DNA from: Alphaproteobacteria bacterium UBA7314 | GTDB taxonomy: Bacteria > Pseudomonadota > Alphaproteobacteria > MPNO01 > UBA830 | Length of the DNA stretch: 64,000 bases | NCBI GenBank assembly: GCA_002471575.1 | Contig: DKQG01000044.1 | Coordinates: 37,525-101,524 of the forward strand | Direction: 5' to 3' | Shown here: one piece after another, positions 10,199-20,037 of the stretch | How positions within the stretch are numbered: position 1 is the first letter of the stretch | How the letters are laid out: every line of letters begins with the position of its first letter | Made by a program: the position numbers and the translations under genes | The notes under the pieces: model-generated | What the model saw: the letters and a program-made list of their open reading frames with translations, nothing else | Database searches by the model: none | What the model was told of the DNA's origin: nothing

Positions 10199-11458
10199 GT
10201 GAAGAATTTATCGAACCGCAATATGTGCAATATCAACCGCAATTTGTGCAAGATCAGACGCATCGCTGGCAGACTTGCTTTTCTAGTCGCCACCGTTTGC
10301 CTGGTGCAGCAGGCCGCCGCCGGACCGCAGGTCACCGACGTGCGCATCGGCGTCTATCCCAGCAAAACGCGGGTGGTTTTGGACGTGTCGGCGTCGGTGG
10401 ATTTCCGCACTTTCACCCTGCCGAAACCGTACCGTGTGGTTATCGATATGTCGGAAGTGACATGGTTGCCCCGGATGCGGAATCCGCCGCGGGGAGGGCT
10501 GATCACCGGAATGCGTTTCGGCTTGTTCAAGCCGGGTTTGTCGCGGGTGGTCCTCGATTCTGCCGGGCCGGTGAAAATCACCAAAGCATTTATGGTAAAA
10601 CCCGCCCCTGGTAGACCCTACCGAGTGGTGCTGGATATTTCCCGGGACAGCGAAACCGCGTTCATGACGGCCTACAAGCAATCCGGCGAACGGGTCGGGC
10701 CCCGAGTGAAACGCCCTCCGCCGCCGCGTCCGCCGCAGGTCAAGTCGTCTTCGAAAAAGGACGAGAAGGCCGTCATCATGATCGACCCCGGGCATGGGGG
10801 CGTCGACCCCGGAGCGATAAGCCGATCCGGGGTGTGGGAGAAACACATCGTACTGGCGTTCTCGAAGGAACTTCGCCGTCAGCTCCTAGCGACCGGCAAA
10901 TTCGACGTCCGCATGACTAGGAACCGCGACGTTTTCATCCGGCTACGCGAGAGGATCGCGAGAGCCAAGCATGTCGGTGCCGACCTTTTTCTCTCGATCC
11001 ACGCCGATTCGATCCGGAATCGGAAGGTGCGGGGGGCATCGGTCTACACGCTGTCCGAACGGGCGTCGGACAAAGAGGCCGATGAGCTGGCGCAAAAGGA
11101 AAACAAATCGGATCTCATCGCCGGGGTGGACCTTGAATATCAGTCCAACGATGTCGTTAATATCCTGATCGATCTTGCGCAGCGTGAAACCATGAACGAA
11201 TCCGCCGTTTTCGCCCGCAAGCTCGTCACCGAACTTGCCAAAGTCCGTAGGATGCTGCGAAATACTCACCGTTTCGCGGGTTTCGCCGTGCTGAAGGCGC
11301 CCGATATACCCTCCGTTCTGATCGAACTAGGGTATCTGTCCAACCGGACCGACGAGCGAATGCTGCGGGATGCCAAGCAGCGCAGACGCATGGCAACAGC
11401 TATGACACGCGCGATCCGGCTATACTTTGACCGGCAGCAGGCTTTAAATAAGCCTTAA
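10199..11458 (+). CDS. amiC: N-acetylmuramoyl-L-alanine amidase (AmiC-like, N-terminal AMIN domain)
   Basis: Contains an AMIN-like beta-rich N-terminal domain and an Amidase_3 core (IMIDPGHGGVDPG..., LSIHADS). Confidence 0.85.
   Translation: MKNLSNRNMCNINRNLCKIRRIAGRLAFLVATVCLVQQAAAGPQVTDVRIGVYPSKTRVVLDVSASVDFRTFTLPKPYRVVIDMSEVTWLPRMRNPPRGGLITGMRFGLFKPGLSRVVLDSAGPVKITKAFMVKPAPGRPYRVVLDISRDSETAFMTAYKQSGERVGPRVKRPPPPRPPQVKSSSKKDEKAVIMIDPGHGGVDPGAISRSGVWEKHIVLAFSKELRRQLLATGKFDVRMTRNRDVFIRLRERIARAKHVGADLFLSIHADSIRNRKVRGASVYTLSERASDKEADELAQKENKSDLIAGVDLEYQSNDVVNILIDLAQRETMNESAVFARKLVTELAKVRRMLRNTHRFAGFAVLKAPDIPSVLIELGYLSNRTDERMLRDAKQRRRMATAMTRAIRLYFDRQQALNKP
10214..10255 (+). repeat. in-frame 21-nt tandem duplication (2 units, 19/21 identical) at the amiC 5' end
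   Basis: The units aaccgcaatatgtgcaatatc and aaccgcaatttgtgcaagatc encode NRNMCNI and NRNLCKI. Confidence 0.8.
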
Positions 11459-11524
11459 AATAGCCACATTGTTATCGTGTGGTGTTTTTTTGGCTTGGTG
11501 CGCGGAACGGCCCCGAGGGTAAGT

Positions 11525-13954
11525 ATGCGAATTCTGGCTGCCGCATTTCTGATATTGGTGGTGCTGGCGATCGCCGGCGCCGCTACCGTTCTATACGGCT
11601 TTTACCATTTCGGGAGAGGTCTCCCCGAATACCAGCAGCTTGCGAACTATAATCCGCCGGTGGTAACGCGGATCCACGCAGGCGACGGCCGTCTGATGGC
11701 GGAGTTCGCGCGCGAAAAAAGGGTGTTCATCCCGATCGAGGCTATGCCCAAGAAGGTCATCAGGGCGTTTCTGTCGGCTGAGGACAAGACATTCTACACC
11801 CATTGGGGGGTCGATATCCCGGGCATCATTCGCGCAACGATCACGAACTTGCGTCGGATCAATACCAAACGGCGCCCAATCGGTGCCTCGACCATCACCC
11901 AGCAGGTGGCGAAGAATTTTCTGCTGACGAACGAGGTCTCTATCGCCCGTAAAGCGAAGGAGGTCATCCTTGCGCTGCGGATCGAGCGGGCGTTTTCCAA
12001 GAACAAGATCCTTGAGCTCTATCTGAACGAAATCTACCTGGGATTCGGGTCCTACGGCGTTGCCGCCGCAGCGCTCAACTATTTCGACAAATCGCTGAAC
12101 GACCTGACGCTTGCAGAAGCCGCATTTCTTGCCGGTCTCCCGAAGGCGCCCAACAACTATCATCCCGTTCGTCGCCCGGAAGCGGCGCGCGCTCGCCGGG
12201 ATTATGTGCTGAACCGTATGGCCGAAGACGGCTATATTTCGCTTGCCGCCGCCGCCGCAGAAATGGCGGGGATGGTTCGGGTGCGTCCACCCAGTACGGC
12301 GGATGCGGCCAGGGCCGACTACTTCGTCGAGGAAGTTCGCCGAAAACTGCGGGGAACCTTTGGTGAACGTGGACTCTATGGCGGCGGTCTTTCGGTCCGG
12401 ACGACCCTGAATTCCGAATTGCAGCGGATCGCCGATACCTCGTTGCGCTGGGGTCTTTCCGCCTACGACCGCCGGCATGGGTGGCGCGGGCCGCTGGGCC
12501 GGGTCGATGCGACGAAGGACTGGCGAAGGGCCATGTCGAAATTTACCCTGCCCTCGGACGTCGACCACTGGCGGACGGCTGTTGTGCTGGCCCTTACAAA
12601 AAATAGTGCGGAAATTGGTTTTGCAGACCGGTCGCTGGGCTCACTACCGCTGCAGGAAATGCGCTGGGCACGCCGATTTGATGAACAGAACAGGCCTGGT
12701 CCGCGCCCGAAACAGTCGGCTGATGTGCTGGAAGTCGGAGACGTTATAGTCGTCGAAGCGGTAACTCAAAAAAACAAAGACGAAACCCGGCAGGTGGGCA
12801 CCTACGGACTGCGTCAGATTCCGAGAATTGGCGGCGCTATCGTTGTACTGGATCCGCATACCGGCCGGGTCTTGGCAATGTCCGGCGGTTTCTCGGCTAG
12901 TTTGAGCGAGTTCAACCGCGCCACGCAGGCCAGACGTCAGCCTGGATCAGCTTTCAAGCCATTCGTCTATCTGGCCGCCCTGGACAAGGGCTTCACGCCG
13001 TCGAGCCAGATCCTCGACGCGCCCTTCGTGATCGACCAGGGGCCCGGTCTCGGGCGCTGGCGGCCAAGCAACTACTCCAAGAAGTTCTATGGCGCCAGCC
13101 CGCTTCGCCTTGGAATTGAGAAATCACGCAACCTGATGACCGTTCGGCTTGCACAGAATATCGGGATGGAAACGGTGGTTGACTACGCAAAGCGTTTTAA
13201 CTTGGTCGACAATCTGGAACCGATGCTTTCCATGTCGCTCGGCTCGGGCGAAACCACCCTGATGCGGATGACCACCGCTTACGCCATGCTGGTCAATGGC
13301 GGCAAGCGCATTCAGCCGACCCTGATCGATAAAATCCAAGATCGCGCGGGAAAAACGATATTCCGCCATGACGACCGCCCGTGCGTCGGCTGCGATACCA
13401 TCCGCTGGGACGAGGAGGATTTGCCACAACTCCCCGACAACCGCGAACAGATCGCTGATCCGAAAACCGCGTACCAGATCGTATCGATGCTGGAAGGCGT
13501 CGTGAAACGCGGGACCGGCCGGCGGATCAGTACCATTGGCAAGCCGCTTGCCGGGAAAACCGGAACAACCAACGAAAGTCGCGACACTTGGTTCGTTGGT
13601 TTTTCGCCTGATCTGGCTGTCGGTGTTTACGTGGGATTCGATAAGCCCAAGCCTCTAGGCAAGCGGGAAACAGGCTCTTCTGTGGCGGCTCCGATCTTCA
13701 AATCGTTCATGGAGGCAGCGCTGCAGAACAAGCCGGCCATTCCGTTCCGGGTGCCGCCGGGGCTTCAGCTCGTGCGCGTCGATTCACGAACCGGCAAGCC
13801 GGCGCGCAAGGGATCACGGGGGGTTATTCTGGAAGCTTTCCTGCCCGGTACGGTTCCAACCAGCAGGGGGCGGATCCTCGATGGCAGTGACGGGAACCCG
13901 CGACCCGGCACTGGCGTTGTGACTCCCACGCGCAAGCTTCGCGGTTTATACTGA
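11525..13954 (+). CDS. mrcA: penicillin-binding protein 1A (bifunctional glycosyltransferase/transpeptidase)
   Basis: Has an N-terminal TM segment, GT51 motifs (EDKTFYTHWGVD, RKAKE) and a transpeptidase domain with SAFKP. The start is placed at MRILAAAF. Confidence 0.9.
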   Translation: MRILAAAFLILVVLAIAGAATVLYGFYHFGRGLPEYQQLANYNPPVVTRIHAGDGRLMAEFAREKRVFIPIEAMPKKVIRAFLSAEDKTFYTHWGVDIPGIIRATITNLRRINTKRRPIGASTITQQVAKNFLLTNEVSIARKAKEVILALRIERAFSKNKILELYLNEIYLGFGSYGVAAAALNYFDKSLNDLTLAEAAFLAGLPKAPNNYHPVRRPEAARARRDYVLNRMAEDGYISLAAAAAEMAGMVRVRPPSTADAARADYFVEEVRRKLRGTFGERGLYGGGLSVRTTLNSELQRIADTSLRWGLSAYDRRHGWRGPLGRVDATKDWRRAMSKFTLPSDVDHWRTAVVLALTKNSAEIGFADRSLGSLPLQEMRWARRFDEQNRPGPRPKQSADVLEVGDVIVVEAVTQKNKDETRQVGTYGLRQIPRIGGAIVVLDPHTGRVLAMSGGFSASLSEFNRATQARRQPGSAFKPFVYLAALDKGFTPSSQILDAPFVIDQGPGLGRWRPSNYSKKFYGASPLRLGIEKSRNLMTVRLAQNIGMETVVDYAKRFNLVDNLEPMLSMSLGSGETTLMRMTTAYAMLVNGGKRIQPTLIDKIQDRAGKTIFRHDDRPCVGCDTIRWDEEDLPQLPDNREQIADPKTAYQIVSMLEGVVKRGTGRRISTIGKPLAGKTGTTNESRDTWFVGFSPDLAVGVYVGFDKPKPLGKRETGSSVAAPIFKSFMEAALQNKPAIPFRVPPGLQLVRVDSRTGKPARKGSRGVILEAFLPGTVPTSRGRILDGSDGNPRPGTGVVTPTRKLRGLY

Positions 13955-14029
13955 CTGTATAAAACTGTAGCCGAGCTAAACTCTCCCGGTATGCCAGAAG
14001 ATCGAACCCCATGAAGCACAGGACGACAC

Positions 14030-15143
14030 ATGCGCGCTGAAACGCAGGCCCTCGCCGACAAGACCGAGCAGTCACTGGAACTGCTGAGGAGGCATCTTTG
14101 ACCCCGACCAGGCATCGAAACGTCTCGACGAGCTAAATGCCGAGGCCGAAGGCCCCGATCTTTGGATCGATCAGGATCGTGCGCAGAAGATCATGCGTGA
14201 ACGCAACCAGGTAGAAAAATCCCTTACGGATTTCCGGAAGCTCGAACAGGAATTAAGCGATGCCATCGAGCTGATCGAAATGGGTGAGGCTGAGGGCGAT
14301 AACGAGATCGTCGAAGAGGCGGAGGCGACGCTTCACCGTCTGCAGAAATTCGCCGTCAAACAGGAATTGCAGACGTTGTTGTCCGGTGAAGCCGACTCCA
14401 ACGACTGCTTCCTCGAAGTCCATGCAGGTGCTGGGGGTACTGAAAGCCAAGATTGGGCGCAGATGCTGATGCGCATGTACATTCGCTGGTCGGAGGGCCA
14501 TGGCTACAATGTCGAACTGATGGAAGAAAGCCCGGGTGAAGAAGCTGGGCTGAAATCGGCAACCATCCGCGTGCAGGGGCATAATGCCTATGGCTGGCTC
14601 AAAACCGAAAGCGGCGTGCACCGGCTGGTCCGCATCTCGCCGTACGATTCCAGCGCGCGGCGACATACGAGCTTCGCATCCGTCTGGACGTATCCGGAAA
14701 TCGACGACGACATCGATATCGAGATCGAGGAGAAAGACCTTCGCATTGACACATACCGGTCCCAGGGTGCAGGCGGTCAGCACGTCAACACGACCGACAG
14801 TGCCATTCGTATCACCCATATCCCGTCGGGAATCGTTGTTGCCTGTCAGAGCGACCGGTCTCAGCACCGGAACCGGGCGGAGGCGATGCGGATGCTGCGA
14901 GCACGTTTATACGAGGCCGAATTGCAGCGTCGCGAGGAGGCCGCACAGGCGGAACAGGACGCCAAGACAGAAATCGGCTGGGGACACCAGATCCGTTCTT
15001 ACGTATTGCACCCGTATCAAATGGTGAAAGACCTCCGGACAGAGGTAGAGACATCCAGCACACAGAACGTGCTGGATGGGGATCTCGACGATTTCATGGC
15101 GGCTGCTCTGGCGCAGCGGGTCGCCGGCGACGCAGATGAATAA
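14030..15143 (+). CDS. prfB: peptide chain release factor 2, with a programmed +1 ribosomal frameshift
   Basis: The N-terminal 23 codons ([23 protein letters not shown]) end at AGGAGG-CAT-CTT-TGA-C, the canonical RF2 shift site with an internal SD. The +1 frame continues [22 protein letters not shown]... into the 316-aa ORF, which carries the GGQ motif ([10 protein letters not shown]). Confidence 0.9.
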
Positions 15144-15471
15144 GGCGAATGGGGCGCTGGCTGATGGCCAGTGTCTCGATGGTAAACGGTCATCGCCCCA
15201 CCGGACTGATGCAACTGCTGAGTCCAGCACTAGCCGCTACGCCGCGTCCGGACCGCACAGACGTCAAACACGACCTCGATGCCTCGCTCGCGGCTGTCGT
15301 GGCCCTGTCCGACCTTTATCGACAGCGCTAGGAGGCCGGCGAGGCCGGTGTCAAAATTTGCTATACGCTGTTGCGCCACGACGATGTCGTGACGCCCGGA
15401 TCACCAGCGGCGATCGATACGCTTTTCTAGACCCGCCAAAACGTCACTAGCCGCCATAAGCACCATCTGGG

Positions 15472-16560
15472 TCAGGCAGCCCGGACCAGCCTGCCGCCGG
15501 TCATCGGCTTCGGGACGCCGGTCGTAGAGGGAAGACTTAGCGGCAATCCGCGCAGCGACCGGACTGCGAGGAACGCGAATGCCTGCGCCTCTATAGCATC
15601 CCCATCCCATCCCACCGACTCGACCGGGTCGACATCAAAACCGGAGATTTGTGCCAGTATCCGCATCATGTTGGGGTTATGCCGCCCACCGCCGGTGACT
15701 AACAGCCGCTTCGGGAGTGACGGGACGTGGGCTAGGTTGGCGGTGATCGTCTCGCAGGTGAAACGCACCAGCGTTGCGGCGCCGTCCTCGGGCGAAAGAC
15801 CGGTCACGGCGGCAATATCGAAATCGAGACGGTCGAGAGATTTTGGCGGAGGCGCACCAAAATAAGGATTGTCCAGCAGCTTGTTGAGGGTAGTGCCGTC
15901 ACAGTGTCCTGCCGAGCTGACGATTCCGTCCCGGTCAAAGGGCATATCAGTAGTGCTTCTCACCCAGTCGTCGAGCAGGGCATTGCCCGGCCCCGTGTCG
16001 AACGCGACTGGCGGCACGGCCCCTGCCGGGTCGACCCAGGTGACATTTGAAATGCCGCCGATATTTACAATACTGAGAGGACCGTCTAGGTCCCGGCTGA
16101 GCGCCTGGTGATACAGCGGCGCAAAGGGAGCCCCTTGGCCGCCGGCCGCCACATCAGCTGCCCTGAAGTCGTACACCACGTCGAAGCCGGTCTTTTCGGC
16201 GAGGCGCGCGCCGTCGCCGATCTGGATTGTAATCCCCTCATCAGGCGAATGTGCCACCGTATGGCCATGAAGACCTACCATGTTAATTTTATTCTTAAAT
16301 TCAGGGTGTTGTGAAAGTATTACCGACACCGCAACGGCATGGGCATCGGTAATATCGCGGACTAGCTTCGGGTTGTCGGCCCGATCACCAAGCGCATCCC
16401 GGATCAATTGTTCCAGCTTCGGGGTGTAGGGTACCGTGCAGGCAGGACCGAGACTGAACAAATTTTCCCCGTCGGTCTCGATCAGCGCGACGTCGATTCC
16501 GTCCATGGATGTCCCGCTCATCAGGCCGAGGGCCCAGACCGGAGCATAGTCCGTTGTCAT
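15472..16560 (-). CDS. anmK: anhydro-N-acetylmuramic acid kinase
   Basis: The N-terminus LMSGTSMDGIDVALIETDGE is characteristic of AnmK. Length is 362 aa. Confidence 0.85.
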   Translation of the reverse strand: MTTDYAPVWALGLMSGTSMDGIDVALIETDGENLFSLGPACTVPYTPKLEQLIRDALGDRADNPKLVRDITDAHAVAVSVILSQHPEFKNKINMVGLHGHTVAHSPDEGITIQIGDGARLAEKTGFDVVYDFRAADVAAGGQGAPFAPLYHQALSRDLDGPLSIVNIGGISNVTWVDPAGAVPPVAFDTGPGNALLDDWVRSTTDMPFDRDGIVSSAGHCDGTTLNKLLDNPYFGAPPPKSLDRLDFDIAAVTGLSPEDGAATLVRFTCETITANLAHVPSLPKRLLVTGGGRHNPNMMRILAQISGFDVDPVESVGWDGDAIEAQAFAFLAVRSLRGLPLSLPSTTGVPKPMTGGRLVRAA

Positions 16561-17435
16561 CAGAACGTTTCCCCCTTTAGGTAGTGCTCGATGATCTCGC
16601 TGCCGGTCGCTTTCCAGACGCCATCATGCCCGCCGATATATTTGAGGGCGTCGTCCAACGCCCCGATCCTATGGGGTACGCCAATGATGAACGGATGAAG
16701 GCAGATAGCCATCACCCGGCCAGATTTGCTGTCAACGCTCTCGCGGTACAGCGTATCGAACTGGCGTCGGATCATCTCGGCGAATTCTTCCGCCGTGCGG
16801 CCCATGCGCATGAACTGCGGCAGGTCATTGATCTCACTCGAGTAGGGGATCGAACAGATCTTGCCGCCGTCGACATCCATTACATAGGGCTGGTCATCAT
16901 TGATGAAGTCGGCGACGTATTGAACTCCGCCGTCGATCAAGGCATCCAGCGTAGTCCAGTTCTGCTGCAGGCCGCTCGACAGCCAGCCTTTGGGGCGGGC
17001 GCCGGTCGCGGCCTCTATCCGGTCGAGGGTTGTCGCTACCACGTCGCGGCCGGGCTGGTCATTCATCGTGTGAAGATACCGGCTATTAGAATGGTTATGT
17101 CCCATGAACTCCCACTTGAGCTCCATGGCGTCTTCTATGATGGCGGGGTAATCGTCGCAGACCTCGCTGTTCAGCGCGACGGTGCCGCGAATGCCGTGCC
17201 GGTCCATGACTTCCATCATGCGGAAGATGCCGACCCGCGCGCCGTAGTCCCGTGGTGCCCAGTTGATTACGTCGGGCGTTACGCCGGTGCCGCCGGGTAC
17301 CGGTTCATTCAGCGGAAAGGTTTCGATATTCGGCACGATCCACAGCGCTATATGGTTGCCATCAGGCCACTCCACCTTTGGTCTGCGGTTAATCGGTGTG
17401 TAGGCGAAGGGGCCGTATCTTTGCGGTTTCATCAT
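16560..17435 (-). CDS. polysaccharide deacetylase-family protein (PuuE-like)
   Basis: Has a NodB-like fold pattern (HPFIIGVPHR). It overlaps the anmK start by 1 nt, suggesting an operon. The start is chosen at ATGATGAAA, after GGGAAG. Confidence 0.7.
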   Translation of the reverse strand: MMKPQRYGPFAYTPINRRPKVEWPDGNHIALWIVPNIETFPLNEPVPGGTGVTPDVINWAPRDYGARVGIFRMMEVMDRHGIRGTVALNSEVCDDYPAIIEDAMELKWEFMGHNHSNSRYLHTMNDQPGRDVVATTLDRIEAATGARPKGWLSSGLQQNWTTLDALIDGGVQYVADFINDDQPYVMDVDGGKICSIPYSSEINDLPQFMRMGRTAEEFAEMIRRQFDTLYRESVDSKSGRVMAICLHPFIIGVPHRIGALDDALKYIGGHDGVWKATGSEIIEHYLKGETF

Positions 17436-17546
17436 TTTCTTCCCTGAAATGCGTTCCAGTCTGGCGTTAGCAGGGCGCCGGCGCAATGGATTTCGGGAAT
17501 GCGCTGTGATACCAAGCGGCGCTTATAGAACGACAGGCCTTGAACA

Positions 17547-18803
17547 ATGACCGACCTCAAATCGGCTTTTCTAAAAACCGTCACCGAACGCGGGTTCGTG
17601 CATCAGTGCACAGACAAGGAGGCGCTTGATGCTGCGTTGTCCGAACGGCAACCGAAGACCTGCTATATCGGCTTCGACTGCACGGCGAATTCGCTGCATG
17701 TCGGATCGCTGCTGCCGATCATGCTACTGCGCTGGTTCCAGAGATCTGGCCACAAGCCGATTGTCCTGATGGGCGGGGGAACCACTAAAGTCGGCGACCC
17801 TTCGGGCAAGGATGAGGCGCGCCAGCTGATTACCGAAGAAACCATTGCCGCCAACAAGGCGGGTATCAAAGGTGTATTCGAAAAATTTCTGGCGTTCGGC
17901 GACGGTCCGACCGACGCGGTGATGGTCGACAACGCGGACTGGCTGGACGAACTTTCTTATATTCCGTTTCTACGCGAATACGGTCGGCACTTCTCGGTCA
18001 ACCGGATGTTGGGCTTCGAGTCCGTCAAACTGCGACTGGAGCGGGAACAGCCGCTATCTTTTCTCGAGTTCAACTACATGATCCTGCAGGCATACGATTT
18101 TATGGAGCTCAACCGCCGCCGGGGCTGTATCCTGCAGATGGGTGGATCGGACCAGTGGGGAAATATCGTCAATGGAGTCGAACTGACCCGCCGTGTCGAC
18201 AGCGCCCAGGTCTTCGGGCTGACGGCACCGCTAATCACCACCGCGTCCGGTGCGAAGATGGGGAAGACCGCCGATGGCGCCATCTGGCTAAACGCCGACC
18301 GCGTTACCCCTTACGACTACTGGCAGTTCTGGCGCAACACCGCCGACGCCGATGTTGGCCGGTTTCTCCGCCTCTTCACCGATCTGACGCTAGAGGAAAC
18401 CAAGCGGCTCGAAGCGCTACAGGACGCCGAAATCAACGACGCTAAGAAGATCCTGGCGACCGAAGCGACCGCCATGTGCCATGGCCGCACGGCCGCAGAA
18501 GAGGCTGCGAATACATCGGCCGAGACCTTCGAAAAAGGACAGAGCGCCGGGGGGTTGCCGACGGTGACCATTGCCGAATCCGATCTGGAACAGGGTATAT
18601 CGGCGAATAACATCCTGAATTTCGCGGGACTGGCTTCCAGTAATAGTGAAGCACGCAGACACATCCGTGGCGGCGGGGCGCGGTTGAATGACGAGAAGAT
18701 CATCGACGAAAATTTCGTCGTTACGCTAGCCAATACCAACGCCGATGGTGTCATAAAGTTGTCCCTTGGCAAAAAGCGACACGTATTGGTGAGAGTAGGT
18801 TAG
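17547..18803 (+). CDS. tyrS: tyrosine--tRNA ligase
   Basis: Carries a HIGH-type motif (ANSLHVGSL), a KMSKS-type motif (KMGKT) and a C-terminal S4-like domain. Confidence 0.9.
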   Translation: MTDLKSAFLKTVTERGFVHQCTDKEALDAALSERQPKTCYIGFDCTANSLHVGSLLPIMLLRWFQRSGHKPIVLMGGGTTKVGDPSGKDEARQLITEETIAANKAGIKGVFEKFLAFGDGPTDAVMVDNADWLDELSYIPFLREYGRHFSVNRMLGFESVKLRLEREQPLSFLEFNYMILQAYDFMELNRRRGCILQMGGSDQWGNIVNGVELTRRVDSAQVFGLTAPLITTASGAKMGKTADGAIWLNADRVTPYDYWQFWRNTADADVGRFLRLFTDLTLEETKRLEALQDAEINDAKKILATEATAMCHGRTAAEEAANTSAETFEKGQSAGGLPTVTIAESDLEQGISANNILNFAGLASSNSEARRHIRGGGARLNDEKIIDENFVVTLANTNADGVIKLSLGKKRHVLVRVG

Positions 18804-18821
18804 GACTGGAGAAATTTCTCC

Positions 18822-19433
18822 ATGAAACTATACGTTACCCCCACCTCCCCTTATGGGCGCCTCGCGATAATCGCGATGCACGACAAGGGCCTGTCGGAAC
18901 GGATCAAGCTGGTGTGGACGCAGACGCGTCAGCTGGACGATCCGCTGCTGTCGGTAAACCCGTCCGGGCGTCTGCCGTTCCTCCTGCTGGGTGACGGTAC
19001 CGGGATGGAGGACACCGATCTTATCGTCGATTATTTTGATGCGCTGGCACCGCCCCGAACATACGGCATTCCCAATGGCGAGGAGCACTGGCCGTTCCGC
19101 CGGTTCGAGGCGACGGCCCGCAGCTTGCTGGATGGTGGTTCCGTCTGGGCTCGGGAAATTAAGCGCCCGAGTGGCGAGCAGTCGCCGGGGATCATCGACC
19201 ATGAACGCCGGCGCGCGATTAGGCTCGCGGGTTACTTCGAAACCGTCATCGGCGAAGGGGTTTTCAACGGTGATCTGAACAAACCTCAGCTCCTACTTTA
19301 CTGCGCACTAGATCTCGAACGAAGAATACCGGATTTCGGCTGGCGGGCCGGCTGCCCGAATCTCCTGAAATGGTTCGAACGGCTCGGCAACCTGCCCGTA
19401 ATACGCGCTTCTTTGCCGCCAGGCAGCGCCTGA
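18822..19433 (+). CDS. glutathione S-transferase-family protein
   Basis: 203 aa with a GST N-terminal thioredoxin-like pattern (MKLYVTPTSPYGR...). Confidence 0.75.
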   Translation: MKLYVTPTSPYGRLAIIAMHDKGLSERIKLVWTQTRQLDDPLLSVNPSGRLPFLLLGDGTGMEDTDLIVDYFDALAPPRTYGIPNGEEHWPFRRFEATARSLLDGGSVWAREIKRPSGEQSPGIIDHERRRAIRLAGYFETVIGEGVFNGDLNKPQLLLYCALDLERRIPDFGWRAGCPNLLKWFERLGNLPVIRASLPPGSA

Positions 19434-19471
19434 CACGGGGCGTGGAATTCGGCTATAAAGTCTGACGTTGA

Positions 19472-19480
19472 GGGGGGGGG
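19472..19480 (+). repeat. G9 homopolymer tract inside the ribosome-binding site of the downstream cupin gene
   Basis: ttgaGGGGGGGGGacacgaccATG. Nine consecutive Gs lie 8 nt upstream of the ATG. Confidence 0.9.
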
Positions 19481-19488
19481 ACACGACC

Positions 19489-20025
19489 ATGGCCTATTCT
19501 CTGAAGACTTTTTGCGAAGATGCTCGCGCCGAGCTGAAACAGGACACTGGCCCGGAGGCACGCGAACGCATCGCCCAGCATCTCGAAAAACTACTGGTCG
19601 ACCCCGATTTCGTGGCGACGCATCTCGGCCCGGATAAGCGATCAGGCGCGGAGACAATCTACGCCGACCCAGATTTCGACTTCCGGGTGATGGCACACAC
19701 CAACCGCGGCGCGTCCAACAACACACCGCACTGTCACGGGCCGTCATGGGTGATTTACGGCATGGCGATGAACCACGTCGAGATGACGGAATGGAAGCGG
19801 GAAGACGACGGCTCTGTCGACGGGCACGCAGACCTGTCGGTCGAGCGGAAATATTTCCTGAATGAAGGCGAGGCGCATGTTTACAACGAGGGCGTCATTC
19901 ATTCGCTGAACCGGCCGCTAGAAACACGGCTTGTCCGTGTGACCGGATGCGATCTGAACCAGACGCTGCGCTATCGTTACGACCCGGCGAAAAATGCGGT
20001 TAAGGTGTTGGAACCCGTCGGGTAG
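19489..20025 (+). CDS. cupin-fold protein, cysteine-dioxygenase-type-I-like
   Basis: Has a cupin metal-site-like segment (NTPHCHGPSWVIYGMAMNHVEM) that resembles bacterial CDO homologues. Confidence 0.55.
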   Translation: MAYSLKTFCEDARAELKQDTGPEARERIAQHLEKLLVDPDFVATHLGPDKRSGAETIYADPDFDFRVMAHTNRGASNNTPHCHGPSWVIYGMAMNHVEMTEWKREDDGSVDGHADLSVERKYFLNEGEAHVYNEGVIHSLNRPLETRLVRVTGCDLNQTLRYRYDPAKNAVKVLEPVG

Positions 20026-20037
20026 CCCTGTCCCCGT

